Sequence record: SRR20825006_827
Reading direction: 5' to 3' (one strand)
Length of the DNA: 20,000 nucleotides
The notes below the pieces were generated by a model. That model worked only from the letters and a program-made list of their open reading frames with translations. It had not been told where the DNA came from and did not search any database. Each line of letters begins with the position of its first letter. Within the stretch, counting starts at the first letter, position 1. Below, in pieces: positions 18,227 through 20,000 of this stretch. Made by a program: the position numbers and the translations under genes.

Positions 18227-18288
18227 GGCGCGACCTCTCGATCCTTTGCGACGCATAAGACGCGGCGAGGAGGTGGCGATTCGATACG

Positions 18289-19743
18289 CTACATCCTCGC
18301 CGCGTTTGCTTTGGCGCGCAGGTGCGAGAGCATCATCGCCGCGACATCATCGCTCCCCGCGTCGAACGGATGCGCGAAGTAAGAGGGGAAGTTCACCTCC
18401 AACACAAACGCGCGCCCACTCTCATGCTCGAGCACATCCACGCCCCCCATCTCCAACCCGAGCACCGCGCACGCATCACGCGCGACCTCGATGACTTCTG
18501 CGGGAGCCTCTTGCTCGAAATACTCGGGCTTCTCTTCATCGACATGGGTTCGAAAGTCATCCTGGCGCGAGGGGTTGATGTAGGCGCAAGTCTGCTCTCC
18601 GACCACGATCACCCGCCAGTGCGTCGCCGGTTCGATGCTGCTCATCAGGGTCGCGTAGGCTCCTTGCGTCGCGTAAACCTGATCGACCACAGAGAACAGA
18701 GTCGACCAATCGGTGAGCCTCATGACGCCCACACCCAGTGATCTCCCAGGGACCTTGAGGACGACCGGAAAGCCCCCGAGGTGCTCGACAAAGGCTCGAA
18801 GCTGCGCGCGCTCGTCGGTCAGCGCGAAGATCGCGCGCGGCGTCGGGATGCCACACCGCGCGAGCAGGAGCGCCTGGTTGTCATGGATCAGATGCGCTCC
18901 CAGCGGATGACTGTAGAAGGTCGCCACGCGCGGATGCGCGAGCATCTGCTCGACGACGATCGCGCGATGAGAGGTCGCCACCCGATACAACATCGCGCCA
19001 TCCTCCAGAGGCGGCGTGCCCACGAGGTCGAAGTCCTCGGCGTCGATCTCGATCATCTCGACACCTTGCTCCAGACAGGCGTGCTCGAGTTGTTCCTCCA
19101 GGCGACTGCGCCGTCCATCACAGACCACATAGAGGCGCTCGCGCAGCTCGGGCGCTGGAGAGAGCTCTTCTGTCAGCGCCGACAAGGCATCGAGCGGCGC
19201 GTAGATAAAGCCCGCCAACGTGATCTTTTTGCCTGCGCTGACCTCGTTGCCTCGGTGCCAGGCGGTCAGATCGAGCTCGAGGTCGCTCGCCACGTTGTAC
19301 CAGAGGAGCGCCTCACCGAGCGCGGGTGTGTGCTCCAGGTTGCCTCCCCTGGCGCGCTCGAAGCATGTCTCACCGCCGCTCTCTGGGGGCTCCAGCGTCA
19401 GCAACACCGTCGCCACGAGGTGCTCGCCGTCCAACACATAGTCGTCGAAGTGTGCCGGGTGTCCCTGTCCCTCACGATAGATGCGCAGGCGCAGATGCGT
19501 CAGCGAGGCGTCAGGTAACAGCGCCGCCTCACACATGCGCGAGGCCACAGCCTCGAGCACCCCGTCGATCCTGACAGGTAGCTCGAGGCTCGTCCCGGCA
19601 GGTCCTCTCTCGGTCGAGAGCTGATGACTCGCCAGGAGCGCGTCATCCTCGATGAGCGCGAGGATGCGTTCGATCTCGTCGTGCTCGACGAGCTCTTCGA
19701 GCAAAAAGACAGAGGGTTGCGTGCTGAGTCGCGTTCGTTTCAT
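18289..19743 (-). CDS. Fusion of a prolyl-4-hydroxylase-like 2OG-Fe(II) oxygenase and a RimK-like ATP-grasp ligase
   Basis: Likely start ATG 19743; alternative TTG 19773. N-domain: LRIYREGQGHPAHFD (HxD), VATVLLTL...GGETCF, GEALLWYN, AWHRGNEV.AGKK. C-domain: GIPTP, GGFPVVLK..GRSLGVGVM, WRVIVVG, DFRTH, LGLEMGGVDVL, FVLEVN. Confidence 0.88.
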   Translation of the reverse strand: MKRTRLSTQPSVFLLEELVEHDEIERILALIEDDALLASHQLSTERGPAGTSLELPVRIDGVLEAVASRMCEAALLPDASLTHLRLRIYREGQGHPAHFDDYVLDGEHLVATVLLTLEPPESGGETCFERARGGNLEHTPALGEALLWYNVASDLELDLTAWHRGNEVSAGKKITLAGFIYAPLDALSALTEELSPAPELRERLYVVCDGRRSRLEEQLEHACLEQGVEMIEIDAEDFDLVGTPPLEDGAMLYRVATSHRAIVVEQMLAHPRVATFYSHPLGAHLIHDNQALLLARCGIPTPRAIFALTDERAQLRAFVEHLGGFPVVLKVPGRSLGVGVMRLTDWSTLFSVVDQVYATQGAYATLMSSIEPATHWRVIVVGEQTCAYINPSRQDDFRTHVDEEKPEYFEQEAPAEVIEVARDACAVLGLEMGGVDVLEHESGRAFVLEVNFPSYFAHPFDAGSDDVAAMMLSHLRAKANAARM

Positions 19744-19906
19744 CTGGCTCTCGTGTGTGGGCTTCTTGCTCAAAGCGTTCTGGAAGCGTCGAAGGTATTC
19801 ACGATCTCGAGGAACACGGCAAGCGTCGGGTTTCCGTTTTCAGGCGACCCGGTCAGCAGACCCTCTGCGCTCCCTCTTGCCGACTTGAATGGTGACGTTT
19901 GCCTGG

Positions 19907-19966
19907 GAGGGTGTCGAACATATTCTCCACGTCGCCAGACTCGGTCCGAAGATCTTCAACACCCTC
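19907..19966 (-). mobile_element. 60-bp palindromic MITE/REP-like element, copy 2 (inverted relative to copy 1)
   Basis: GAGGGTGTCGAACAT...ATCTTCAACACCCTC. The central 27 bp are the exact reverse complement of TCGGACCGAGTCTGGCGACGTGGAGAA in copy 1. Confidence 0.75.
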
Positions 19967-20000
19967 TGCGCGATGGAACGGAAAGGGCGCATCTGCTGGC

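Noticed and set aside
1-20000. Very frequent CTCGAG/TCGA words
   Set aside because: Spread through coding regions and largely explained by CTC-GAG (Leu-Glu) and ATC/GTC-GAx codon pairs; not a local feature.
19973-20000. Possible gene start ATG GAA CGG at the window end
   Set aside because: Only nine codons are visible and there is no clear RBS.

Overview
High-GC bacterial window. The gene content (Hanks kinase, LRR and HEAT proteins, Cys-rich lipoproteins with Asp-Met linkers) suggests a myxobacterium/Bradymonadales-like predator; this is inference. The + strand left arm carries a partial GT4 glycosyltransferase, a PhyH-like 2OG-Fe(II) dioxygenase, a membrane Ser/Thr kinase, an LRR protein and a 1466-aa HEAT protein. 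The - strand middle carries an Uup-like ABC-F ATPase, a coupled S1 protease lipoprotein plus Cys-rich lipoprotein, and a lipoprotein ending in a type IV pilin-like head. The most interesting part is 16273-19966. There, a PadR regulator, a PqqD/RRE + internal twin-arginine + Glu-x3-Lys-rich precursor-like protein, and a prolyl-4-hydroxylase-like/ATP-grasp fusion enzyme are bracketed by two inverted copies of a 60-bp palindromic MITE/REP-like element. This is a candidate undescribed, possibly mobilised, RiPP or protein-crosslinking system. All calls come from motifs read by eye; no database search was run.
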